Assembly: GCA_963798485.1 (NCBI GenBank)
Contig: CAWCTR010000007.1
Coordinates: 544,001 to 608,000, forward strand
Direction: 5' to 3'
DNA length: 64,000 nucleotides
Origin: an uncultured delta proteobacterium
GTDB lineage: Bacteria > Desulfobacterota > Desulfomonilia > UBA1062
Shown here: positions 20,201 to 29,159 of the stretch, one piece after another
How the letters are laid out: the number at the start of each line of letters is the position of its first letter
Numbering within the stretch: position 1 is the stretch's first letter
The notes under the pieces: model-generated
Seen by the model: only the letters and a program-made list of their open reading frames with translations
Told to the model about the DNA's origin: nothing
Databases searched by the model: none
Made by a program: the position numbers and the translations under genes

Positions 20201-22183
20201 TTACACTGTTCTGAACACGATCTGTTCAGCCTTATCTCTGCCCTGGTTGCGTGCATTAAAGGTCTGCACTGCATTGGCCTTGAGCTGGTCATTGCCCTGG
20301 AAGCCTTTGTCCAGGCAGATGAACTGCATAGGCTCTGCTGCTGCAACGGCATCAATCAGCTCACGGGTGATCTTATCCTCAAGACAGATGAGCAAGGCCC
20401 CTTCGGCTACGGAGAAAACCGTCATCCCTGCCATTTCAAGTTTCTGAACCTTCTCAGTCGGCATGAAGCCTGCCTTTAAAAGCAGCTCATAGAGAATATC
20501 TTCCTGTGATGCATGAGGATTGATATGATCGATGTGCAATGTAAGCTGCCTGATCATCTCTTCTTCGGATGCACCCGGCCTGGAGCCGTCCCAGATCTTG
20601 AAGGTGGACCTGTCGAGCTTGAAGACCTTGAAGCCAAGATCAATCACGGGTAGGTTCTCAGCCATGCCTGGTAAAGCACCGATGGCTTCTTTAACCTTTA
20701 CTGCCCGTTCCTCCTCGATCTTCTTAATCACTCGACGAATACGTTCCTTGCCGATATCAGCGATTGTATTATATCCGGCCTTGAAGGCTTCCGAATCTTC
20801 CTCGCAGGGCTCCGGGAGTTGGACCATGATGAACTTCCTGTTACCACCATCCTCCTTATTCAGGTCGAGAACTGCGTGTGCGGTAGCAGAAGAGCCAGCG
20901 AAGAAGTCTAGGACTAAATCATCCCTTGAAACAGATATCTCTAACATCCTCTTTAAAAGACGGACTGGTTTTGGAGTACTGAATATTTTTTTACCTAAAA
21001 GCTGTCCTGTTTCTTTTTGCCCCTCATCATTGTGTCCAACCTCCTCAAAGGTCCACCATGTAGAGGGTACTATTCCTTCTTGAATTTCAGTAAGAAAGCG
21101 TTTCAGTCTTGGTTTCTTATACGATAGATCTGGACCCCAATATAGCCTACTTTCTGCCTCCATCTGTTGATGCTTTTCTTTGGTGTAACGCCACACAGCA
21201 TTTTCATCAGGCCATATTTCTTCACCAGTTTTAGGGTGGATAATTGAATACCAGAGTGTTGGTCGTTCAGATTTTGATTTGCTACTTACATATTCTCCAG
21301 ATGTCCAATCACCGCGAGGATCATTGTCTGGATTACTGTACCGCTGTAATTGCTTCTCCGTTCTGGGTAGAAGTTTTCGCTGGAATGATTCGGATTTTCT
21401 ATATGACAAAATATGATCGTGCATAGGGGCAATACTTGGATCATCATTTGAAACAGAATATTTCTTCTGCCAAACTACATTTGCCACAAAATTATCTTCT
21501 CCAAAAATCTCATCACAAAGCTTCCTCAGGTTGCTCACCTCATTGTCATCGATAGAGATAAAGATCACTCCGTCTTCCCGCAGGAGATTCCGTGCCAGGT
21601 AGAGCCGGGGATATATCATGTTGAGCCACCTGGTGTGAAAACGACCTTCATTGGGGGAATTGGTCGAGAATTTCTTCCCTTCGTCATCCACAAGCCCGGC
21701 ATAGGCAAGATAGGTCTCTAAGGTTTCAGCATATTTGTCAGGATAAATAAACTCCTTGCCGGTGTTGTAGGGCGGATCGATGTAGATCATCTTGACCTTG
21801 CCGTAGTATGACTTCTGCAGGAGCTTGAGCACCTCCAGATTGTCACCCTCAATGAAGAGGTTTTCTGTGGCATCGAAGTTGATCGACTCCTCACGGCAAG
21901 GTTTCAGCGTGGCAACCGAAGGCTGCTGGATGAGCTTTAAACAATCCTTTTTACCAGGCCAGTCCATGCCATAACGCTCACGCCTGGATTCGAAAATATC
22001 ACTAAACGCCCCCAAATCTGCCTTGAGCTTTTCAAAGTCAATTGTTTCGACCAGCTCACCTTTCTCATTTCGCGATTCGGTAAAGACCGATGGGAAGAGG
22101 GCCTTCAGCTTGGCCCTGTTTCCTGTGCTTATATCCATGGACCGCAGGTCCATTTGCCCTGGTATTCCATTCGGTTCCTTCAT
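20201..22183 (-). CDS. mod: Type III R-M adenine methyltransferase Mod
   Basis: IEGDNLEVLK, IYIDPPYNTG, TPKPVRLL and LDFFAGS motifs. Confidence 0.95.
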   Translation of the reverse strand: MKEPNGIPGQMDLRSMDISTGNRAKLKALFPSVFTESRNEKGELVETIDFEKLKADLGAFSDIFESRRERYGMDWPGKKDCLKLIQQPSVATLKPCREESINFDATENLFIEGDNLEVLKLLQKSYYGKVKMIYIDPPYNTGKEFIYPDKYAETLETYLAYAGLVDDEGKKFSTNSPNEGRFHTRWLNMIYPRLYLARNLLREDGVIFISIDDNEVSNLRKLCDEIFGEDNFVANVVWQKKYSVSNDDPSIAPMHDHILSYRKSESFQRKLLPRTEKQLQRYSNPDNDPRGDWTSGEYVSSKSKSERPTLWYSIIHPKTGEEIWPDENAVWRYTKEKHQQMEAESRLYWGPDLSYKKPRLKRFLTEIQEGIVPSTWWTFEEVGHNDEGQKETGQLLGKKIFSTPKPVRLLKRMLEISVSRDDLVLDFFAGSSATAHAVLDLNKEDGGNRKFIMVQLPEPCEEDSEAFKAGYNTIADIGKERIRRVIKKIEEERAVKVKEAIGALPGMAENLPVIDLGFKVFKLDRSTFKIWDGSRPGASEEEMIRQLTLHIDHINPHASQEDILYELLLKAGFMPTEKVQKLEMAGMTVFSVAEGALLICLEDKITRELIDAVAAAEPMQFICLDKGFQGNDQLKANAVQTFNARNQGRDKAEQIVFRTV

Positions 22184-23586
22184 GGCATCTGCTCCCGTTG
22201 CTTCAAGATCTGTTTCCCCTTTCCCGTGAGGCGGTATTGCTGTTTACTGCTCCGGGGTTTTTCAGGGATGGTCATCTCAATGCAGCCTGCTTTCAGGGCG
22301 GGCTTGATGTAATCATATAAAAAAGTAGGACGATGCACAAGTTTAAGCCGGACCATCAATGTTTTCATGTCAACAGGTTCATCACCAAGGACTGCCATAA
22401 GGCGGCCTACTTGTTCGGTGACTTGTTCGGTGACTTGTTCGGTCCCCTTGCTTAATTCCCGCGCCGCCTCGGTGCTCTTGCCGGGACGTTGGAAGATGAC
22501 CGTTACCCAGCTCTGATTGCATTCCAACACCGGCTCTTCTATTTCATACTCACGGCACAGGTCTCTGATTCGTTTGATACCGGAACCGATATGTTCCACC
22601 AGGTTCATGCGGTACATAGCCCCGAAGAGAAGCGGGTTACGCGGCACGCTCTTTTTCCCGAGGTCTTCTTCCCGCATTCCTGCAGGAAGCCCGCCCGGAC
22701 TGACTATCTCTATCCTGTCGGAAAAAAGGTAGATCTGAATATTTGCAGTGGCCCGATAATCCCTATGGGCGACGGCATTGATGAGGGCTTCTCGAATGGC
22801 TGCTTCAGGCAGCTCAAGTCGTTCGGTCCGCCGTGCTCCTGCTATGATGAACTCGGTATTGAGCTTTGATAATATGTACTCTATGGCAGACTCACAATTC
22901 GTATGAATGTCTGAGGAGAAATCCTTGCGGTCAAGGATACGGGTTTTTGTGTTTCCCATGAAAAGGGCACAGGAGATGGTAGCGCTGATGTTGTATGTGG
23001 TAACGTCTTCAGCCAATAACCATGACCCGGCATTCGTCATCTTTCCATTTCGGATGAGATGCAGATTTTCCAGGGCATGAAACGGGTCAAGGGTTGACGG
23101 TATATGGGCGATACCGGCGAAGCGCCTATATCCTTCCATCTGCAGATCCCTTGAGAGGTTAAAAGTTTCACACGGCATTTCATCAAACCTGATAAGGCCT
23201 TCTTTGAAGAAGAATTCCCGAATCTCTTCCCGCCCCATCTGCTGAGAATTAGCTCCTTCCCTGATAAAGAACTTCCCGGCAAAGGAGTACGGTTTACTGT
23301 GTTGTTCGGGCACGGTAATGCATAAGATGTCTTCTATACTTTCAATATCAACAGCCAGCGGGGGTTCCATGGATCGTGCAATTGTTTGGATCTCCGACTT
23401 TATCTTGTTGTGGTTCTTTATACCCATGATCGTCCCGTCGTCGGACACACCGATAAGCATTACGCCACCAGTGGCGTTCCCGAACGCACAAAGGTCCCGG
23501 CCTATAGTGCCTGAGACAGACCGTTTAAATTCGAGGGTAAACCCTTCTCCGAGACCTATAAGTTGTTCTAACTGAGAACTATTCAT
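22180..23586 (-). CDS. AlbA_2 (Schlafen-like) DNA-binding / HATPase_c_4 / winged-helix protein
   Basis: GEGFTLEFK...AFGNATGG.MLIGVSDDG, REALINAVAHRDY, SPGGLP, RNPLL, EHIGSGI; C-terminal IPEKPRSSKQQYRLT. Confidence 0.85.
   Translation of the reverse strand: MNSSQLEQLIGLGEGFTLEFKRSVSGTIGRDLCAFGNATGGVMLIGVSDDGTIMGIKNHNKIKSEIQTIARSMEPPLAVDIESIEDILCITVPEQHSKPYSFAGKFFIREGANSQQMGREEIREFFFKEGLIRFDEMPCETFNLSRDLQMEGYRRFAGIAHIPSTLDPFHALENLHLIRNGKMTNAGSWLLAEDVTTYNISATISCALFMGNTKTRILDRKDFSSDIHTNCESAIEYILSKLNTEFIIAGARRTERLELPEAAIREALINAVAHRDYRATANIQIYLFSDRIEIVSPGGLPAGMREEDLGKKSVPRNPLLFGAMYRMNLVEHIGSGIKRIRDLCREYEIEEPVLECNQSWVTVIFQRPGKSTEAARELSKGTEQVTEQVTEQVGRLMAVLGDEPVDMKTLMVRLKLVHRPTFLYDYIKPALKAGCIEMTIPEKPRSSKQQYRLTGKGKQILKQREQMP
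22409..22443 (-). repeat. Coding 12-bp tandem repeat x3 (TEQV)3
   Basis: acttgttcggt(g) three times; translates as TEQVTEQVTEQV. Confidence 0.85.
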
Positions 23587-23937
23587 TCAAGCCTCCACTG
23601 TACCGTGAAAAGGGTCTCTTCTTCAACCTCCTGATGCAGGCGGGCCTCAACCCGGTCTATCAGGGAGTCTTTTTGTTGCTCGATGTCTCGGGCCGCCTCG
23701 TCGTACTGTCGCCATGCCTCATCCCGCTTCAATGGTTTTGCCGAGCCCCACTTCATCCGCGAGTACGGCCCCTTTCGAGAGAGGTGATTGAAATGCAAAC
23801 AATGCCGCATCCATCTGGTGAGTGTTCAGATCGACCCGGGAGTCCATTAAAGCGGCTGTGAAACGTTCCACACTATCAGACGGGCAGCGCCTCAACAGCT
23901 CATTGGCGAAAAGCTTGGCGTGATAATCCGTGATCAT
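23583..23937 (-). pseudogene. SNF2-family helicase remnant: N-terminal 72 aa joined out of frame to the C-terminal ~48 aa
   Basis: MITDYHAK...LADEVGLGKTIEAG* (Walker A) joins (K)RDEAWRQYDEAARDIEQQKDSLIDRVEARL...LFTVQWRLE*. Confidence 0.8.
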
Positions 23938-24096
23938 CTACAAGATAACAACTCCATATTTTATTAAATGTTTACAAATAATTAAGCAAAGTATTATCTT
24001 ATCAGTTCAGAATGTCAAGTAAAGCAGGACATTTAATACAACATCTTTAATGCTATATTGCCAGTTGAGTATAACACCGAATTTCGGAAGGACTGA

Positions 24097-24168
24097 CTGC
24101 TAAGCGAATGTAGGGTCAAAAGCTCTACCGAGGGTTCGAATCCCTCTCTCTCCGCCATAGTCCGCACT
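24097..24168 (+). repeat. attR (duplicated 3' half of tRNA-Ser)
   Basis: Identical to 16593-16664; the 5' half of the tRNA is absent here. Confidence 0.92.
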
Positions 24169-24310
24169 GTCTGAGTGTTCTTCCCTTTATCTTTAGCTCA
24201 CCGAATATACCACTTCTCGTAGGATAAATCAGTTCTCCAGAAATGTTCAGATTCTGCCGATATATATAATTATACCTTCATGGAGGATGAAAAGGAGTTC
24301 AGGGATGACT

Positions 24311-24415
24311 ATGAAAGAAGTCATTAAAAGCCTCATCTTGAGCCCATGCTATCTGAAGATAAAGCTCAAGGATCGGGCAAAGCTGGTCCGCAGACTTTCC
24401 TACAGGAAACCCTAA
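24311..24415 (+). CDS. Putative small basic protein MKEVIKSLILSPCYLKIKLKDRAKLVRRLSYRKP (34 aa)
   Basis: Fills the gap between attR and the priA stop; purine-rich leader (aaggag...aggga); tataat upstream. Confidence 0.45.
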   Translation: MKEVIKSLILSPCYLKIKLKDRAKLVRRLSYRKP

Positions 24416-24429
24416 AGACCTTATTGGCC

Positions 24430-26589
24430 TTACATCATGGAATAAGGGTCCACATCGATCCTGAGGTCTGCCTCCTGCGGACATCGGACCTGTTCAATGA
24501 TGTCAAGGGCCTTGTGAAGTGAACCTCTGTTCTTGGACCTCAAAATGATATGCCATCTGTTGCGGTTTCTTAAAAGCGAAATGGGGGCCGGGGCAGGACC
24601 GAGGACCTCGACGCCTTGTATCTTAACAACCGATGCAATCTGAGTGCAGAACTCTTGAGCCGTCTTGTCTTTGGCCGAGCTGATCACACATCGGGCCATG
24701 TGGGAGAATGGCGGGAAGCCGGTTGCCTTTCTGATGTCCTGTTCCATTTCTATCATAGAGAGATAATCATAGCGTGAAATCGAGTGGATAAGCGGGTGGT
24801 CAGGGATAAGGGTCTGGATGATCACCTTGGTGTCGGACTTCCGCCTGCCTGCACGTCCGGCTACCTGTACTATCTGCTGGAAGGTCCTCTCCAGGCTCCT
24901 GAAGTCGGGCATATGCAGAAGCTGCTCGGTATAAATCACCCCCACCAGGGTAAGATTGGGGAAGTCATGTCCCTTGGCGATCATCTGGGTGCCCACAATG
25001 ATGTCCACATCGCCGGCCCTGATGGCATCGAGGGCGGTTGTCAATTTTATCGCAGTCGTTATCTCGTCCGAGTCCATACGCAACAGACGCTTATCCGCAC
25101 AGGCCTTTTCCACTGAGGCTATGACCTGTTCCGTACCCATTCCAATGGGTTTCATATCGAGACATCCGCAGGAGGGGCAGATCTCCGGCAATTTCATGGT
25201 AAAGCCGCACCAGTGGCATAGGCCTAAACCCTTGGCCTTGTGGTAGGTGAGGCTCCTGTCGCAGCGTTTGCACTTAAGGACCTTGCCGCATCCCGGGCAT
25301 ACCATGGCGGCCGAGAACCCCCTCCGGTTGATAAAGAGCAGCACCTGCTCGCCCCTATTGACGGTATGGTTCATCTCCGTGATGAGTCTTTCCGACAGCG
25401 GTCCTTCCACCCCCCTCATATCCACGATCTCTACTGCCGGCAATGCTGCGGGGCCGATACGGTTCGGCATGGCGATGAGGCTTGAATGCGATAACCGTGA
25501 GCGTTGATAAGTCTCCATGCTCGGTGTGGCGGAGCCCAGGATCACCACGGCCTGGTTGTTCCTTGCCCGCAGGATGCTCAGGTCCCTTGCGTTATAGGGT
25601 ATGCCGTCATCCTGCTTGTAGCTGTGGTCATGTTCTTCGTCCACTATGATGAGGCCGATGTCCTTCAAAGGCGAGAAGACCGCTGAACGGGTACCGAGAA
25701 TGAAATTGACACCCCCTAGGGCCACCTTCATGAATTCCCTTGCCCGGTCCTTTGGGGAAAGGCCAGAATGGAACACCGCCACCTCTACAGGTATCCTGCC
25801 CTTAACCATGTCGATGGTCTGGGGTGTCAGGGCGATCTCAGGGACCAGATAGAGAACCGACTTGCCTTGCCTGAGGGCCTCCAGTGCAGTTGCCAGGTAT
25901 ACCTCGGTCTTGCCCGATCCTGTGATCCCATGGAGTACATAGGTGTGAAATCTTAGGGCCTTGATGGCCTTGGTTATCTCTTGAACAGCCATCTGCTGGT
26001 CCGGGGTGTACTCCGGTGTCGGGGAGCAGGAAGGGACGAAGCTGCTAGGCCCTTCTTTGAGCTCTATGAGGCCGCGTTTGAGGAGGCCCTTTATCTTCCC
26101 GGCCATGCCCGGTAAACAGCGTTTGAGGTCACTCAAGCGGATGCCTGTATGGGGAATGGAATCAAGGACGGCTTTCTGTTGAGGTCCGGTCCTGGTGTGT
26201 ATGCGATTGGTCCTGAATACGACCGGGTCCTTATCAATTGGTATAGTGCGCCCCCCCCTGAGGTATGGGGGAAAGGCAAGCGCCATGCAGGGGCCTATGC
26301 CTGCATGGTAATATCTCGAGGTCCAGGTTATGAGCTCGATCAGCTCTGATGTTATGACGGGACTCTCATCAAGTGCGCATATGAGGTCCTTTAACCCTTC
26401 ATTTGTCTGGGTTCCCTCATGGATGCCGATGATGACCCCGATCCTTGCCGCCTTCCTGACCGGTGCTGCGACCCTGCAGCCTACCTTCGGGGATACCCCT
26501 TCAGGGATCGAATAAGAGAGAACTTTGGGTATGTTTGTAAGAATGACAACATCGGCTATGAGGGCTCCCATAAAGGACTGCTCTACCAT
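24430..26589 (-). CDS. priA: Primosomal protein N' (replication-restart helicase); start may be 26571
   Basis: GITGSGKTEVY, VPEIALTPQ, DEEHD, SATPS, four CxxC pairs, GTQMIAKGHDFP and QVAGRAGR motifs. Confidence 0.97.
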   Translation of the reverse strand: MVEQSFMGALIADVVILTNIPKVLSYSIPEGVSPKVGCRVAAPVRKAARIGVIIGIHEGTQTNEGLKDLICALDESPVITSELIELITWTSRYYHAGIGPCMALAFPPYLRGGRTIPIDKDPVVFRTNRIHTRTGPQQKAVLDSIPHTGIRLSDLKRCLPGMAGKIKGLLKRGLIELKEGPSSFVPSCSPTPEYTPDQQMAVQEITKAIKALRFHTYVLHGITGSGKTEVYLATALEALRQGKSVLYLVPEIALTPQTIDMVKGRIPVEVAVFHSGLSPKDRAREFMKVALGGVNFILGTRSAVFSPLKDIGLIIVDEEHDHSYKQDDGIPYNARDLSILRARNNQAVVILGSATPSMETYQRSRLSHSSLIAMPNRIGPAALPAVEIVDMRGVEGPLSERLITEMNHTVNRGEQVLLFINRRGFSAAMVCPGCGKVLKCKRCDRSLTYHKAKGLGLCHWCGFTMKLPEICPSCGCLDMKPIGMGTEQVIASVEKACADKRLLRMDSDEITTAIKLTTALDAIRAGDVDIIVGTQMIAKGHDFPNLTLVGVIYTEQLLHMPDFRSLERTFQQIVQVAGRAGRRKSDTKVIIQTLIPDHPLIHSISRYDYLSMIEMEQDIRKATGFPPFSHMARCVISSAKDKTAQEFCTQIASVVKIQGVEVLGPAPAPISLLRNRNRWHIILRSKNRGSLHKALDIIEQVRCPQEADLRIDVDPYSMM

Positions 26590-26626
26590 GGAGTCATGAG
26601 CAGATAAAATCTTTTCTTTGATATGC

Positions 26627-26656
26627 TTGACTGATTGTATCCTTCCCCTTTATATT
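26627..26656 (+). promoter_or_regulatory. Putative sigma70 promoter of the HEAT-ParA-coiled-coil operon
   Basis: TTGACT-N18-TATATT. Confidence 0.45.
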
Positions 26657-26682
26657 CATACAGACAAAAGGGGGAGGGTTCG

Positions 26683-27339
26683 TTGAAGGGCATAGGCTTG
26701 AACCAGATTCTTAAGGACCTGCACGATGCAGACCCTGAAATCAAGAAGATGGCTGCAAGGGCCATACTCAAAGAAATCCCGGACCCCGCACTGGTTTTAT
26801 CCGAGGCGCTGAAGGAGGCCGATAAGCCTACAGCTACTGCCATCTATGACATCCTCTTTGATGCCCAGGCCGATTTCTCAAATATCTTCCATGCAGCCAC
26901 CCAGGATGAAGACCCCCGGGTGAGGGCGCGGGCCATACGGTATCTTTTCCGGAGAGGCGCATTCCACCCTGAAGATGGAATCAAATGGCTTGAAGACTCA
27001 GACCCCTATGTCCGCAGGAGGGTTATCAGCTATATCTTCTGGTTGAATGACAAGAGCTCTCTTGGCGCAGTGGCAAGGCTCTGCATAGAGGACCCGGATG
27101 AATCCGTCAGAAAGGACTGTCTGAGACTGATCGCCATATGGGGTTCGATAGAAAATGTGGAGAAGGTGATCCAGGCCCTGGAGGACCCGTCACATGAGGT
27201 GAGAATGCAGGCTGTGCAGACCCTCAAAAGGCTCACGGGTGAGGATTTCGGAGAGCCGCTTGGTGCTTCACCAGAGGAATTCGAGTGGATTATTGCAAGG
27301 TGGCAGGGCTGGTGGGAGATCATGAGGGAGCGTCCATAG
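26683..27339 (+). CDS. HEAT-repeat protein (PomY-like by context)
   Basis: Repeated D.DP.VR..A motifs; C-terminal LKRLTGEDFG...WQGWW; TTG start after ggggagg. Confidence 0.8.
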   Translation: MKGIGLNQILKDLHDADPEIKKMAARAILKEIPDPALVLSEALKEADKPTATAIYDILFDAQADFSNIFHAATQDEDPRVRARAIRYLFRRGAFHPEDGIKWLEDSDPYVRRRVISYIFWLNDKSSLGAVARLCIEDPDESVRKDCLRLIAIWGSIENVEKVIQALEDPSHEVRMQAVQTLKRLTGEDFGEPLGASPEEFEWIIARWQGWWEIMRERP

Positions 27340-28299
27340 ATGGAACAACCCGTATATACGGCCAAGGAATTTGCAACATTGCTCGGGATTTCAAAGCCGG
27401 CCCTCTTGAAAATGGAGATGAACGGAACACTCCCTCATCCCCAGCTTGTTGAGGGCGCTCGTGTCTATTATCCGCATGACATCCCCTTTTATCTTAAGAG
27501 CCTCGGAAAACCTCTATTGGTAACATCAAAAAGGAGGCAGATATTCCTCAACTTTAAAGGGGGAACGGGAAAGACGAGCAGCTCGGCCTTCTATGCCTTC
27601 AGGCTCGCTCAGCTCGGTATGCAGGTGCTGCTCATGGACCTTGACCCCCAGGGCCATCTCACTCAATGTCTTGGGATCGACCACGATTCCATTGAAAACA
27701 CCTTATATAATGTCCTTATCGAGAAGACGGACATTCGCGACATTATCATAAACACGAAGATGAAAAATCTTAAGCTCATCCCTGCGAACCTCGACCTCTC
27801 TCCGGTGGAACTGGCTCTCACCTCCATGAATGCCCGCGAGCAGCGCCTGAGAAAGAGTATAACCGCGATTCAGGATGACTTTGATGTGATCATCATGGAT
27901 GCCTCGCCATCCATCGGCTTATTGAACCTGAACGGTATCCTTGCCTGCAACGATCTCTTTGTCCCGGTTTTGGCGGATTTTCTGTCTTACCATGGGCTTA
28001 AGATCCTCTTCGAGACGTTATCGACTATTGAGGAGGACTTTGAATTCATCTTTGAGAATATCTATATCTTTCTGAATAACTATAATGCATCCCACAATAT
28101 CTGCCAGCGGGCGAAAGAGGCCTTGGAGACGCACTATAACGGCTATCTTATGAAGACGCTGATACGCCAGGACATAAAGATTGCTGAGGCGGCGAGCGTA
28201 GGGATACCTATTACGCAGTATGCGCCGAAGAACAGAGGCTCGGTAGATCTGAATGATTTTATTCGGGAGGTTTTTCCTAATCTCCCGATTGTCTTTTAA
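27340..28299 (+). CDS. pomZ: ParA/MinD-family ATPase with N-terminal HTH, PomZ-like
   Basis: RRQIFLNFKGGTGKTS (deviant Walker A), DLDPQGH, NDLFVPVLADFLSYHGLKILFET and IRQDIK closely match the M. xanthus PomZ sequence as recalled. Confidence 0.8.
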   Translation: MEQPVYTAKEFATLLGISKPALLKMEMNGTLPHPQLVEGARVYYPHDIPFYLKSLGKPLLVTSKRRQIFLNFKGGTGKTSSSAFYAFRLAQLGMQVLLMDLDPQGHLTQCLGIDHDSIENTLYNVLIEKTDIRDIIINTKMKNLKLIPANLDLSPVELALTSMNAREQRLRKSITAIQDDFDVIIMDASPSIGLLNLNGILACNDLFVPVLADFLSYHGLKILFETLSTIEEDFEFIFENIYIFLNNYNASHNICQRAKEALETHYNGYLMKTLIRQDIKIAEAASVGIPITQYAPKNRGSVDLNDFIREVFPNLPIVF

Positions 28300-28391
28300 T
28301 CGGTTTTATGGTTAACGTAGTATTCGGATTCAACCTGAAGGGCATTGGATTTTTTATGATGCCAATAGATTGAAATGAGGAGTTATTATAT

Positions 28392-29159
28392 ATGAAAGAC
28401 GGTTTTGATACAAGCGTAGCTGAACGGATGCCCAAGATGCAGAAGCGCCGTCCCAACAGGCCCTGGAATGTAGACCCTGTACTGATAAAGCCGCAGGAAG
28501 AGATCAAAGAGCAGGCCGCGCCCGCTCCGGAGGCAATCAGAGAACCGGTTATATCCCCCATCATATCCAAGGATATCGCCCATTCCTCCATTGCCAAGGC
28601 TGTGGAAACCATTGAGGACCTGAATACCGAGTTCTCGCAGATCCTCTTTGAGAAGAAGGACGTCGCCCGTAGACTCAAGGATCATGATCGCGTCATCGAA
28701 GAGATCGGGCGGGAAAATTCAAGCCTCAAGGTGAATCTTGCCGAACTGGAAATGGCGGCACAGGAGCACAAGCTCCTGGATCGGGAGATCCTGTTCCTGA
28801 ACGAACAGCTCGAAGATGCAGACCATTATATCCAGCATGTGGTGGGTATGCTCGAGGAAAGGACAATAGGCTTCGATGCCGAGGTGACAAAAAGCAAGGC
28901 CTTCGAGGACAGGCTCGTGCGCTTCTCAAAAGACATCCAGGACAAGGCAAGGCTCGACGTCAAGGTATCCATCCTCGAGAAGGACCTCGGTATAAGCACT
29001 GCAAGAATTCAAGAACTGGAAACCAAGCTCGAGGAAGAATACCATAAGAGAAAACCGCTGGAAGATGAGATAGCAGAGCTCAAGATTGCACTGGACAGGG
29101 TATACTCGTCCCTGTCGCATATCAGGCTCAAGGCTAAGCGTGAGGTGTATGGATCCTGA
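28392..29159 (+). CDS. Coiled-coil protein with basic N-terminal peptide and Pro-rich linker (PomX-like)
   Basis: N-terminus MKDGFDTSVAERMPKMQKRRP, Pro-rich segment, then ~190 aa of heptad-rich sequence; SD gaggag. Confidence 0.65.
   Translation: MKDGFDTSVAERMPKMQKRRPNRPWNVDPVLIKPQEEIKEQAAPAPEAIREPVISPIISKDIAHSSIAKAVETIEDLNTEFSQILFEKKDVARRLKDHDRVIEEIGRENSSLKVNLAELEMAAQEHKLLDREILFLNEQLEDADHYIQHVVGMLEERTIGFDAEVTKSKAFEDRLVRFSKDIQDKARLDVKVSILEKDLGISTARIQELETKLEEEYHKRKPLEDEIAELKIALDRVYSSLSHIRLKAKREVYGS

Larger units (their letters stand above)
16593..24168. mobile_element. tRNA-Ser-integrated defence island (~7.5 kb) without integrase
   Basis: Identical 72-bp direct repeat at 16593-16664 and 24097-24168; cargo is res, mod, an AlbA_2 ATPase and an SNF2 remnant. 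Confidence 0.88.

Noticed and set aside
20201-22183. Phase-variable mod (phasevarion)
   Set aside because: I saw no simple-sequence repeat tract in or just upstream of mod.
24097-24157. Second tRNA-Ser gene
   Set aside because: Only the anticodon loop to CCA is present; the acceptor 5' strand and D arm are missing, so it is attR.
27340-28299. Chromosomal or plasmid ParA/Soj partition locus
   Set aside because: No ParB, parS or rep gene nearby; sequence and neighbours fit PomZ better.
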